A stretch of 64,000 nucleotides of DNA from Octopus sinensis (Eukaryota), in NCBI RefSeq assembly GCF_006345805.1, contig NC_043005.1, positions 62,124,001 through 62,188,000 on the forward strand. The letters are read 5' to 3'. Below are positions 1-11,626 of this stretch, one piece after another (position 1 is the first letter of the stretch; each line of letters starts with the position of its first letter). Below the pieces are notes generated by a model. It saw nothing but the letters and a program-made list of their open reading frames with translations, had not been told where the DNA came from and did not search any database. Position numbers and translations under genes: made by a program.

Positions 1-132
1 AAAAAAGGGAGAGATAGGAGGATTAAATCATCCTGTCAGTGATCTTGTTTCTATTTCTGTCTCAAATTAGTGTTATGTTGTCCAATAACAGAGTAACATT
101 CAACTTTAGAGAATAGTTAAATCTTGTTTTAC

Positions 133-241
133 CTGTGTATGCGGTGTTAAGACACACACTTTTCCTGAGTTGATCACACATTTTATGGAATCAATGCTTG
201 AGCCATATAAATTTCCTTTATACTCTCCATACTCAACAAAT
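133..241 (-). CDS. MPP7: Coding exon of MAGUK p55-subfamily gene (MPP7/metro-like), GuK domain: (R)[36 protein letters not shown]
   Basis: Minus strand ttttggtttcttttcaaag|ATTTGTTGAG...CATACACAG|gtaaaa. 109 nt, phase 2 to phase 0, joins exon 5654-5747 in frame. Contains the GuK motif [13 protein letters not shown]. Not shown in this frame by the ORF track. MPP7 orthology is my recognition, not a search result. Confidence 0.93.
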
Positions 242-1134
242 CTTTGAAAAGAAACCAAAAAGAAGGCATATAGATATAAAACAAAATAGAGAGAAAGGGG
301 TGAGGAGATGGGAGAGACAGAGGAAGAAAAGAAGGAGGAGTGAGAGACTTTGAAAAATCAGAATAATTATACAAGTATTGAAAGGGGAGTGGGAAAAAAC
401 ATAAATAGAACTGATTCAAATGCTTATTGTTATCATATTGTAATGAATGTAAACACAATTGATTATAAGTAAAAAGATAAGGAAATCCATCACAATGCTG
501 AATAAAGAGAAAAATAAATTTATTCAGTTTTTGCTTTAATAATTTTTAATTGGGAAATGATAGATTCAAAATCTGAAATATTGATGAAATTTATATCTAT
601 TTAGCATCGAAGTGACTTTCATCACTCTTCTTTGTACAACAATACTTCTTTCAATAACAATACTTCAAATGAGCTACAAGTTCTTACTAATAACTAAATC
701 TGTGTGGTTTTTTTTTTTTTTTTTAAATAAACCTATATAGCTATCAACAATGTTGAGCTTACACTGTTTGAAAGGAAATTTTTTTTTTAAATCAGAAATT
801 CAACTTTAATCTCAAGGCATTTAACTTATTTAAATCAACAATTTTTTTTTCTTCTTTATTTATATATGTAAATATAGAAGTACTGCGTCAATAATGGACA
901 ACCAGAATAAATTTGATCAAATACTGATTAGCACTGGTTTCCATGCCAAATTCTGTGCTTCAACATTAAAGTCTAGAACAAATCTCATTCACAAGATGCC
1001 CTGTGTGGGTGTGTGTATAAACAGACACATGCATATTTATTTGTATATAGATGTGTGTGTGTGTACATATATATATATCTATTTAGCATTGAAGTATTAA
1101 AGATATATATATATATATATATATAAATTTTCTG

Positions 1135-1517
1135 CTTTACTTATTTAAAGTCATTGGACTACAGCCATGCTGGGGCAGCACCATGAATAATTTTACTCTA
1201 ACAAATTGACCCCAGTACTTATTTTTAAAGCTTGGTACTTATTTCTATTGGTCTCTTTTACCCAACTGCTAGGTTACAAGGGAGGAAAACAAACCAACCC
1301 TGGTTGTCAAGAGGTGGTAGGAGACAAACACAACCACAAAGACACACATACAGCTATATGTACATACATATAAAAACATGGCAGGCTTCTTTCAGTTTCT
1401 TTCTACTAAATCCACCCACAAGGGTGATAGTAGAAGACACTTGTCCATGCATAGGGACTGAACCTAGAATTATTTAGTTGGGAAACAAACTTTTTACTAC
1501 ACAGCCATGCCTGTGCT
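1135..1517 (-). mobile_element. tRNA-derived SINE, family A (diverged copy)
   Basis: Reverse complement matches the 3840-4226 copy: head ggcatggctgtgtagtaa, ttgacaacc, aataagtacc, ccccagcatggc. Confidence 0.8.
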
Positions 1518-1777
1518 TATGCATATCTATGTATGTGTGAGTATGAGTATGCTTATATCACCTTGACTTGACATTGCAGGATAGATGTAAATGGGTGTCA
1601 TTGTCATACAAGCAGTGTGGTGAATTTCCAATATTGTGTGAAAGCATATTAGGTCACGGAGAGGTATTACCTAGTAACAGATGAAGGTCGGCAACAAGAA
1701 GGACCTCCAGCCAATGGACATTAAAATAATAATGAAGTGAGACCAAAAAGTATAAAATAACCTGAAAACATTCTCAG

Positions 1778-1814
<37 letters not shown>

Positions 1815-2010
1815 TCTTTTACTTGTTTCAGTCATTTTGAATGTGGTCATGCTGAAGCACCACCTTTAGTGGAGCAAATCGACCCCCAGGACTCATTCTT
1901 TGTAAGCCTAGTACTTATTCTATCAGTCTCTTTTGCTGAACCACTAAGTTATGGGGATGTAAACACACCAGCATTGGTTGTCGAGCGATGTTGGGGGGAC
2001 ACAGACACAC

Positions 2011-2043
<33 letters not shown>

Positions 2044-2208
2044 CATGACAGGCTTCTTTCAGTTTCCGTCTACCAAATCCATTCACAAGGCTTTGGTCAA
2101 CCTGAGGCTATAGTAGGAGTCACTTGCACAAGGTGTCACACAGTGGGATTGAACCCAGAACCATGTGGTTGTTAAGCAAGCTACTTACCACACAGTCACT
2201 CCTGCGCC
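1815..2208 (-). mobile_element. tRNA-derived SINE, family A (full length)
   Basis: Reverse complement aligns along its length with 3840-4226, including the internal (TA)n/(TG)n tract. Confidence 0.88.
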
Positions 2209-2232
2209 TATATATATAAAATAAATAAATAT

Positions 2233-2269
<37 letters not shown>

Positions 2270-2271
2270 GA

Positions 2272-2950
2272 TTATATGGGTACAGGATGTCACCAACAGT
2301 GCAAATAACATGAAATACCTAAAGAAACGAGTTAAGTACATAGCCAATGAGAAAAAAATGGAAAACAGGACAGTAAACACAGAGAAAGGACCCTTCATCA
2401 GCTGTCTATCTACTCCTCATTTTGAGTATTCAATGACAAAATGAGTCTTCAGAGACAGTTGCTGCCATAAATTCTAAAATGGAATTTAGGATTTATGGAG
2501 GGTCAGAGTTGGGAAGTAAAACATGACAGTGGAGATATACAAGGAAACTAAATGAAAACAAACATGGAGGGCCGTTAGACCAGAATGAGAGGACAATTGT
2601 GAAAGTTTGGAGAAACATTTTTTTGAAAATAGAAAAGATAGAAGAGAGAGAAAAAACATGTCTTCTCTTTTGAACTGTGCAGGAAAAGAAAGGTGTCATC
2701 AACAGTCTTTCACTCCCACACTGATTAACAAACCCCAACCCCACCTCAAACACACCCAAATCCCATATATAGAATCACAAAGCCCCAAATCCTCAGATCT
2801 GTTTGACAACGAATGCGAGAAAGTTCTCCAAAAAAGTTAGCAAGGAATGTTTTAAAGAAATCTCCCCACCCAAGTTAACAAAGAACTTACTAGATCTATG
2901 AACTAAAGTGCAAAATTTATATTATAACTTCCAATGAAATCATTCTTTTT
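2272..2950 (-). mobile_element. Unclassified interspersed repeat next to (TA)n, homologous to about 19000-19335; possibly a retroelement terminal repeat
   Basis: Both copies start on + with tatatgggtacagga..cacca after a TA tract and share acaggaca..aacac, ccttc(a/t)tcag and atctactc. Right boundary uncertain. Confidence 0.55.
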
Positions 2951-3179
2951 CTTTTTTCAAATACACACAAATACACACACACACACAGATATATATGGTA
3001 GGTTAGTAGGGGTAAGATAATCCAAGTATTCCTACCTTAGGAAGCACTCATGTAGTGAACAATCACTATGGAATTGTTGAAACAATTGTCAAGCATGAAA
3101 TAAAAATATCACAGACAACAATCTTCAATTTTTATTTTATTTTATTTTATTTCATACATACATACATACATTTAAATAG

Positions 3180-3680
3180 TTAGATTTACAGATGTGCTAA
3201 TTGAAGCATTTTATGAGAAGGATGAGAAAATAGAAATGTGTAGCTTAGAGAACAACTGCAAATTTCTGCAGGATAGCCTACAAAGGGCTACAGACAAAAT
3301 TTGTGGCTGGTGCATAATTGCAGCCAGAACTAGGATAACATGGTGATGGAACAGTGAAGTAGACACTGCCAAAAGGGCAAAGAAACAGGCATGGAAGGAC
3401 TGCATGAGTGGGGATAGTAGACAACTATACCAGGAAGTTAGAAGACAAGGAAACAGACAGGCATATTTAGCCAGATGTGAAGCAGAAAAGAAGAAGTTTG
3501 CCTATTTTCAGCAGCAATAAGTCGAGAGGTATGAGGTGTTCTGGATTGCAAGACAATTTGTTGGAGAAAATCAAGATAATGTAGGAAAGAAGTGTGTTCA
3601 AATGGAGGATAGTACACTTGCACTTAATGAGAGGCATGGAAATACAAAATTGAAAGACTGCTAAATGTGGAGAATGCATG
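3180..3680 (+). mobile_element. Highly decayed RTE-type LINE fragment (region between endonuclease and RT)
   Basis: acatggtgatggaacagtgaagtagac reads TW*WNSEVD, like the WWN-EV motif of RTE ORF2. Similar decayed text occurs at about 54250-54720. Confidence 0.5.
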
Positions 3681-3839
3681 GGGAAAAGAAAACTCTTCCT
3701 TAGACTTCCCCCATCTCCCCATCCAAATTTATCACTCATTTTATTCCCCTTCCATCTCTCTTCCACTTACCCTTTGTACCCTCATACACCTACCTGGATA
3801 CAATGTGATTATGTTGAATCTATTCCCTACAATACTATA

Positions 3840-4226
3840 GGCGTAGGAGTGGCTGTGTGGTAAGTAGCTTGCTTACGAACCACATGGTTCCGGGTTCAGT
3901 CCCTCTGCATGGCACCTTGGGCAAGTGTCTTCTACTATAGCCTCGGGGCGACCAAAGCCTTGTGAGTGGATTAGGTAGACGGAAACTCAAACAAGCCCGT
4001 TGTATATATGTATGTATATATATGTGTGTGTGTATGTTTGTGTGTCTGTGTTTGTGCCCCAACATCGTTTGACAACCGATGCTGGTGTGTTTACGTCCCC
4101 GTAACTTAGCGGCTCAGCAAAAGAGACCGACAAAATAAGTACTAGGCTTACAAAGAATAAGTCCTGGGGTCGATTTGCTCGACTAAAGGCGGTGCTCCAG
4201 CATGGCCAGTCACATGACTGAAACAA
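3840..4226 (+). mobile_element. tRNA-derived SINE, family A (young, CpG-retaining), with CORE-like segment and internal microsatellite
   Basis: A-box-like tggctgtgtggt and B-box-like ggttcagtccc, then CORE-like caccttgggcaagtgtctt, internal TA/TG tract and 3' half ending ccagcatggcc...gactgaaacaa. More than ten related copies in the window. Confidence 0.9.
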
Positions 4227-4282
4227 CATATCCTCCTAACAATTCCTCCTTCTATTTGTGTCCACTCACTACATTCCCTTGT

Positions 4283-4497
4283 GGAGGCACGTGGATTAGT
4301 GGTTAGGGTGTCGGATTCATGATTGTAAGATTGTGGTTTTGATTCCTGGACTGGATGATGCGTTGTGTTTCTGGAACAAAACACTTCATTTCACATTGCT
4401 CCAGTCCACTCACCTGGCTAAAATGAGTACTCCTGTGACAGACTAGCATTCTCTTCAGGTGGGAATTTATATGACATGGAAACTAGGAAACCAGCAC
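4283..4497 (+). mobile_element. tRNA-derived SINE, family C
   Basis: Head ggaggcacgtggattagtggttagggtg...ggttttgattcct (A/B boxes), then CORE-like acacttcatttcacattgctccagtccactca...aaatgagtac. Confidence 0.7.
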
Positions 4498-4696
4498 GAC
4501 TCAAGACAGTATCTTTACCTTTACCTACAACATTCCCTCCACTCCATCTCCCACTTCCCTTTCACAATCTTACCCATCCACTCACCCCATCAACTTACCC
4601 ATCCAATCCTTGGTTCTACATCACTTATATACACCACCTTATAACATGAATGTGTAGCAAGGCACCTTTTTCTGTCTCTTTATTCATACTCTAACT

Positions 4697-4824
4697 CAGT
4701 GTTTCTCAAACTTTTTACCCTTGCATAACCCTTAAAATAAATTACATGTCTCAAGGAACCCCAGCACAAAAAAAATTATATACCATATCTTTCTCATATT
4801 TTTTCATTGAAGTTAATGAGGAAA

Positions 4825-4856
<32 letters not shown>

Positions 4857-5124
4857 GTATAATATATATGTATGTATGTATGTATAATATATATGTATGT
4901 ATGTATGTATATCATCATCATCATATCATCATCATCATCATCATCATCATATATATATATATATATAGTTATATATAATAAGGTTAGATAGGATGATGTC
5001 TATATTACAATAACCAATAATATGTTAAGCATGAATAGTAATATTAAGATCATGAAATTAGCATTAGCTTATCTCACTCTTTCTCATGGAACCCCTGTTG
5101 CGGAACCCCAGTTGAGAAAGGCTG
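4697..5124. mobile_element. hAT (Charlie-like) MITE with internal microsatellites
   Basis: TIRs cagtgtttctcaa ... ttgagaaaggctg. Degenerate 8-bp TSD ctctaact/ttataacc (5/8). Internal ggaacccc motifs. A related left end lies at about 18666. Confidence 0.7.
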
Positions 5125-5609
5125 TTATAACCTCTTGTCACTGGGCACAAAGCCACCGCCCTCAATACTACTCTCCCCCTCAGTTGAGAGGTCCTGTCTT
5201 GTAAGTTATTTGATGACTTCACTAGTGTTGGTGCCATGTAAAAAAACACCCGATACATTCTGTAAAGTGATTGATGTTAGAAAGGGCATTCAGCCATAGA
5301 AACCATGCCAAAGCAGATAGTAGGGCTTGGCACAATTTTCTGGCTTACTAGCTTGTATCAAACCATTCAGCCAATGCCATCAAGGAAAATGAACTTGAAT
5401 GATGATGATGATTTAACAAAAGAGAAAAAGACTAACTCAATACATGTTGTAGAGCATATTGTGTGAAGCTGGTGAGTCACCCAGTTACTACTCTGAATTT
5501 ATCTTCAGTATAATCTTTTAGGTGACAAGATTTAATGTCTATAGCTGTCTCTGAGTATGGGAATTAATTGCAATCTTCGGTATGCACACACACATGCACG
5601 AACACACAC

Positions 5610-5620
<11 letters not shown>

Positions 5621-5646
<26 letters not shown>
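5621..5646. repeat. (GATA)n microsatellite just downstream of the 5654 donor (tract starts about 5609)
   Basis: gatagatagatagata run read directly. Confidence 0.9.
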
Positions 5647-5653
5647 TACATAC

Positions 5654-5747
5654 CTGTTTAGTAAAATACCTTTCTCCATTTCATCTCTAGATACAAAATG
5701 GTAATCCCTTCCATCAACTTCATGAGGTTTTTTTAGTCTAGTTGTAT
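5654..5747 (-). CDS. MPP7: Coding exon of MAGUK gene, GuK domain: (Y)TTRLKKPHEVDGRDYHFVSRDEMEKGILLN(R)
   Basis: atctttcttccag|ATACAACTAGA...CTAAACAG|gtatgt. 94 nt, phase 1 to phase 2. TTR...E.DG.DYHFVS is the guanylate-kinase signature. Lies within ORF 5539..5796. Confidence 0.95.
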
Positions 5748-6259
5748 CTGGAAGAAAGATATCAAATTGCTGAATACTATCTTTAACCAACATCAATTAT
5801 AATTTCAGTTTCAATGAAAAACACAAAATATCTATAAATTAAAATGTCTATAAACATAAATTTTCCTCTCTTAATTGTTTAGATTTAAATCATAATAATT
5901 ATGGCCTAAATAGTCATTTACCCTGGGTATAGTTACTAATGTTGATCTGTTTAGTATTAGTTAATGGCATGACATTTCCTAAATGAATTATTAAAATATG
6001 GCAAACTGGTTGAAACAAGTCCCATTCTACTATTACATTTTTCTATATATTTTAAAGTTCACCTGGTTGATTTTATTGGAGTTTGCTACTTTGCTATTTT
6101 TTAAAAATAATTTAAAATCCTTCTGGAGAGATAATTTGTCTATAAATTCCATTAATAACGTCATTTAATCAAAGCAGTTCAATTTACTGTATTCCATATG
6201 TGAAATCTTACCATATTTAAAAAAAGTAGAACATTATTGGATTTAATTGTTATTATTTA

Positions 6260-6987
6260 GCACTAGGTCAGAGACCGAGACCTTTGGAAATATTCTGTAC
6301 GTGAGAAGACCAGGCAGGACAAGTGAGCCCAGCCCACTTATGAATGCCTTTCCTCCCTTGGACACAAAGACCGGTTGAGGCAAGCGAAGTCGATATAGAA
6401 CCTCATCCGACGACAGACACCCATGCCAACCCCCCATGCTTACAAAGACATGTTGGGGCAAGCGAAATCGAAATCGAAACCGAATTGAACCAGCCAGGAT
6501 CCCTGGCCTGGTGGTACGTAAAAAGCACTATCCGACTCGTGGCCGTGGCACGTAAAATACTCCAATGCGACCGTACGACAGGCACCCATGCCAACCCCTT
6601 TGCTTGTGAAGACATGTTGGGGCAAGCGAAATCGAAATCGAATTGAACCAGCCAGGATCCCTGGTCTGGTGGTACGTAAAAAGCACTATCCGACTCGTGG
6701 CCGATGCCAGCACCGCCTCGACTGGCTTCCGTGCCGGTGGCACATAAAATACACCAATCTGACCGTGGCCGTTGCCAGCCCCGCCTGGCACCTGTGCAGG
6801 TGGCACGTAAAAAGCACCCACTACACTCACGGAGTGGTTGGCGTTAGGAAGGGCATCCAGCTGTAGAAACATTGCCAGATTAGACTGGAGCCTGGTGCAG
6901 CCTTCTGGCTTCCCAGAACCCCGGTCGAACCGTCCAACCCATGCTAGCATGGAGAACGGACGTTAAACGACGATGATGATGATGATG
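6260..6987 (+). mobile_element. Young RTE LINE 3' UTR or derived non-autonomous element with (GAT)n tail and internal ~165-bp duplication
   Basis: CpG-rich. Ends cccatgctagcatggagaacggacgttaaacgac(gat)n, the same terminus as the RT-bearing element at 37621-39653. Duplicated module at about 6410-6545 and 6576-6703. Confidence 0.8.
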
Positions 6988-7974
6988 AATCTATAACCAA
7001 AGTTATTCCAGCTTTGATGTCCTCTCTCTGTCTCTCTCTTCTTTCCAGGCTCTTTTGTCCAATGTTTCCTTTCATATTTAAGATGGTAGGGTGTGATTTG
7101 GCTAATATTTTTAACACGTTAGCATACTGTAATGAGGTTTTCTCAGCTCATATTCAAGCTGTTTAGTTTTACATCTTTGTGTTCAGCATTGAAATCCCTT
7201 CAGTGACTGTTTTTCCTTTTATCATTACAAGTTTGATTCAATTACATCAATTCATTTCACTATTCTCACAGAAACACTCGTTGAAAAAGAAATGCTGGAC
7301 ATTGCTCTCTTTTATCATCTGCACTTGGAGTTCATTTTCAACTGCGAATAAATAATGGCTGGCTGATTGCAAGAGTGCAAACTTTCTTAGTTAATAGCGT
7401 TTTATGTTGGAAATGATTAATTTTGATTGGCTATGCTTCAGAACACCAAATTTACCACTGGGCATTCCTTTGAATCACAAATATCAAACTGCAGAGGAAC
7501 TTTGTGGAAGACATGCATTTCCCTAGTTGATGATCTAACCAGCTATTTAATATGAGAGTTAATTAAGTAGTCTTTGCCATGGCCAGGGATCACTGGATTA
7601 GAGGTCATGCCAGCATTGAATACATAACATCTAGTATCTAAAAGAATTATCCTCTTGAAATTTGACCTTGTACCTGGTTAGAAGAAATTCAATGGGCATG
7701 CTGGTATGGACATGTGAATAGATATGAATGATGATAGGTGAATGGAGTTGTGACAGGAGATTCATGTGGGAGGAAACAATGGAAGAAGACATAAGAAATG
7801 GAGAGGGCTGATCTCTAGAGCTGAATTTCACAAAGGAGAATGACAGAGCAAAGCAACAAGTGGTATGATGCTGTGTTTATCTAGACCCAAGCAACCCACA
7901 CAAGCATCAGAAAATGAAATTTAAAAAAAACGATTATGATGATGAAGATGATAGATGACGACCACTACAACAGG

Positions 7975-9790
7975 CTCTTAGAGAACAACATCACACAAAA
8001 ATATAGACAGGCTGCACCACATACCTATCAAGGATCACAAACTGAACTTTGCTTCCAACCCTAAATGCTGCCTGATTAACCTTGCCAAATTCCAAATCGG
8101 ACTGGTGAGTAAACACATCCTAAGAAGGTTAATAAAGACATAAGGAAGGCATCTAATTTCTCTTTATGGCATAACACAATTGAGGTGTTACATTGGTTTG
8201 AGACCAGATGAAGCACTTTTAGAGCCAGGTTCATACAATTCGATATAGTAGACTTTTATCCATCAATATCAATAATGTTACTTGATATGCTAGACAAATT
8301 ACTGATGTAAGTGATAGAGAAATAGATATAATTATGCATGCTAGGAAAATGCTACTGTTCAACCAGGATTCAACCTGGATCAGTTCATGCAATGGGGGCA
8401 TATGACAGTGATGATATTTGCAACCTTATAGGGTTTTACATTCTAGACACCTTGGGTAATAAATTCCCCTCTGTCCACTTTGGCTTATATAGAGATGATG
8501 CCTTAGCCATCTCCAGAGGCACTAACAGCCATACATTAGATAGGCTTAGAAAAGACATCATACACACCCTCAACAACCTTGGCCTTAAAATCACCATAGA
8601 GACTAACCTCACCGTGGTGAACTTCTTGAATGTCAAGCTTGATTTAGACAGTGGCACCTACAGACCATACCACAAACTGAATGATAGGCTATCATACATT
8701 AATACAGCCTCCTGCCACCCACCCATAGTGTTCAAAAACTAATAAAGGTATCAGTAAATGGATTTTGATCTTATTTTCAAATAAAGATATTTTCAACGCA
8801 GCGGCTCCCACTTACAATGAGGCACTAGCGGCCAGCAGGTTCAAGGACAATATAGTATGTACACCCAGATCGAGCAACCATAAAAGGAAACATCACCGCA
8901 AGACCTTATGGGTTACTCCCCACTTCTCCCTAAACGTCTGGACACGTAGGTAAGATTTTTTTTAGGTTGGTTGATAAGCAGTTCATGCAAACACACAAAT
9001 ATAGAAAGATCTTTAACATACATAACTTAAGGATCTCTTTCAGTTGTGCATCCAATGTTAAGAAAAAGTTACTTAGAACTCCTAAACCATGGACAGAGGC
9101 AGGTTGTGCATGCAGAATTAGAAATGAATGCTGAGTGGATGGCCAATGTAACACTGAGGCTACAGTGTACCAAGCAAAGGTAGCCTCAAATAGGCGCAGC
9201 ACAAATATCAGTTACATAAATGCGAGCACAGGGACACCCGCTAAAATTTATGTCGGATTTTGTGAATCCAAATTTAAAATTCACCTGAACAACCACAGAT
9301 CTTTCATGATCCTAGAGAGATGCAACACTCGCAGCATACATATGGTGCCTAAAGGACGATCATATGCTCTTTAGCATCAGGTGGAAATTACTAGGAACTT
9401 GTGGACCTTGTCACAATGGAACAAGACTATGTAAATAGTGTTTGGCAGAAATATATGTAATCCTTATGAGCTCACATGAGCCAGGAGGCTACCTGAACTC
9501 CAGGATGGAAACCGTAGGGATTTATCCACATTTTTGGAAATTTTTACTTAAAAATTCAAAAACCTAGCTATCAAACGAAGGAAGACAACTCGCCCAGCCA
9601 TAACATTTTCAACTATCACCGGCTTTCTTGTGTTTTTAAAAAAATCATTCTTTCCAGAAAACGGTTATCATTTCAAGAAAATTAAGACATGTCTAGTTCA
9701 CGCTAGATATGAAACCAATGATTTTTTTCTAAAACTGTTACTTTACACATACAGAATTGCTCTTTTTCTGATCTATGATCTTGTAACGAA
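7975..9790 (+). mobile_element. Penelope-like retroelement remnant (RT + GIY-YIG endonuclease), 5'-truncated and frameshifted
   Basis: ORF 8338..8742 has MGAYDSDDICNLIG...GLYRDDAL...VNFLNVKLDL, a PLE-type RT. ORF 9135..9374 has VYQAKV...KIYVGFCESKFK, GIY-YIG-like. Coding region ends about 9567 (HFWKFLLKNSKT*). Confidence 0.85.
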
Positions 9791-10199
9791 GATATATATA
9801 TATACATACATCATCATCATCATTTACTGTCCATTTACTATGCTGGCATGGGTTGGACAGCTTGACAGGAATTGACAAGGCCAGGGGCCATATCAGATTC
9901 CATTGCCCATATGCCTGTAAGTATGTATATGTATATGAGTGTGTGTGTGTGTGTGTGTATGCATGTATGGCAAATGGTAGGTGTATAAACTTATGAGGAA
10001 TATGAACTTGTCAGTTCTAGCAATATTATATTTCTCTAAAGTAAAAAGAATTATCATAATTCAGTTCAGTACTAAGCTGCTTCTTTGCTGTGATATTTAG
10101 TTTATACACTCACTCAAACTCACGTATGTAGTATATATGAGCATATGAATTTTAAAGCTAAGCATCAAACCATTTCACTTTTCCCATATACATATACAC

Positions 10200-10231
<32 letters not shown>

Positions 10232-10299
10232 GTACACACACACACACACATACCTACATAAATATACATACATGCATACATACATATATATATTTATTT

Positions 10300-10850
10300 A
10301 TATTATGGCTGCCCCCTCGTTATCGAGTATGGCCATTGCACGAAGCTTAACAGTTACTGGTGCTGTGATCAAATGTGACTTTTTAGCCCAGCTAAAGATC
10401 TACAATGTCTTGTACAAAATTGGCAACTAAAACCTTTACTGGTAATAGCCGGCTGTAGTTGTAACTGGGCTTCATGTACCTTTGCATGTCGTTTAAGTCC
10501 TCCTGCCGAATTACACTCTCTTCCACATGCCTGACAGATATGATTAGTATGGGGTGTTACACCACCACCAGTGGCCAGGTTGTCACTCATCTGTCTCATT
10601 TTATGACTACGAAGATGACTCATGAGTCCAGCTTTACTGAGGCAGGGTCTTGCACAGACATTGCATGTCAGAATCAAAGGAAGATCCTTCCCTTCTGGAA
10701 GTGTAACAGCGATGCCTTTCCTGACATCCCTCCTTACTTTCTCATGTGCAACTTGAGATTTCTCAAACGTAGCTGTCCCCTCATGCACAATCCTTCTCCA
10801 CCTGCTACGATCAACAGCTATGCCTTCCCATGTGTCAGGAGAGATGCAAG
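10300..10850 (-). mobile_element. 3' end of an RTE/BovB-like LINE ORF2 with three C2H2-type zinc fingers (copy 1)
   Basis: DRSRWRRIVHEGTATFE...RK precedes CNVC..HLRSH, CQAC..HAKVH and CQFC..SHI. This matches the RTE C-terminal pattern and is followed by a short 3' UTR and an AT tail. Confidence 0.7.
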
Positions 10851-11518
10851 CATCTCTTTATTTATATACATACATGTATACAAACATATATATTCTATTA
10901 TTATCCTATTTCTAATATGTTCATTGCATTGTATCTTTATTGTGAGTTTATGGTGGTTTTGGAGCATTGGCTCTGATTTTAGCAAGTGGTACTATATATC
11001 CCACTAATTCTAAATTTGTATTATATTGTATCTGTAACAGTGTGGACTTGCTGCCCACCTTATTATTACCTTATTAATACCATTAATAACAGTAATAATA
11101 CATCTTTATTTAGAATTTATTCTTGCTCATGATAGTTTTCTTTTAAACAGTGGGATATTTAAAGTAAGGAACACCTGAGCTAATGTAGTGAATATTTTAG
11201 AAATAGATGTTAAAATGTTATTTTCAACTCAAGATCCCAGAGTATGTTGGTCGTGCAGAGGGTGAAATCAATTGGTATTGAAATATACATTACTTTCTGA
11301 TGTATTCAACGCAAATGTAAGCCTGTTTCTAATATGTTCGTTGCATTGATTATGTGTATCTTTATTGCGAGTTTATGGTGGTTTGGGAGCATTGGCTCTG
11401 ATTGCAGTAAGTGGTATTATATATACCCTACTGAGTCTATGTATATATGCGTATATACACATCTGTACATGTATACATACATACATATACACACATATTC
11501 ATTCATACATATGTACAT

Positions 11519-11565
<47 letters not shown>

Positions 11566-11626
11566 CACACACACACATACCTACATAAATATACATACAT
11601 GCATACATACATATATATATTTATTT

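Noticed and set aside
3840-3915. tRNA-like sequences (also 4283-4350 and other SINE heads)
   Set aside because: A/B boxes without a complete cloverleaf, continuous with SINE bodies. Not tRNA genes.
10474-11007. 177-aa plus-strand ORF (duplicated at 11801-12334)
   Set aside because: Antisense shadow of the LINE zinc-finger frame, with no recognisable domain.
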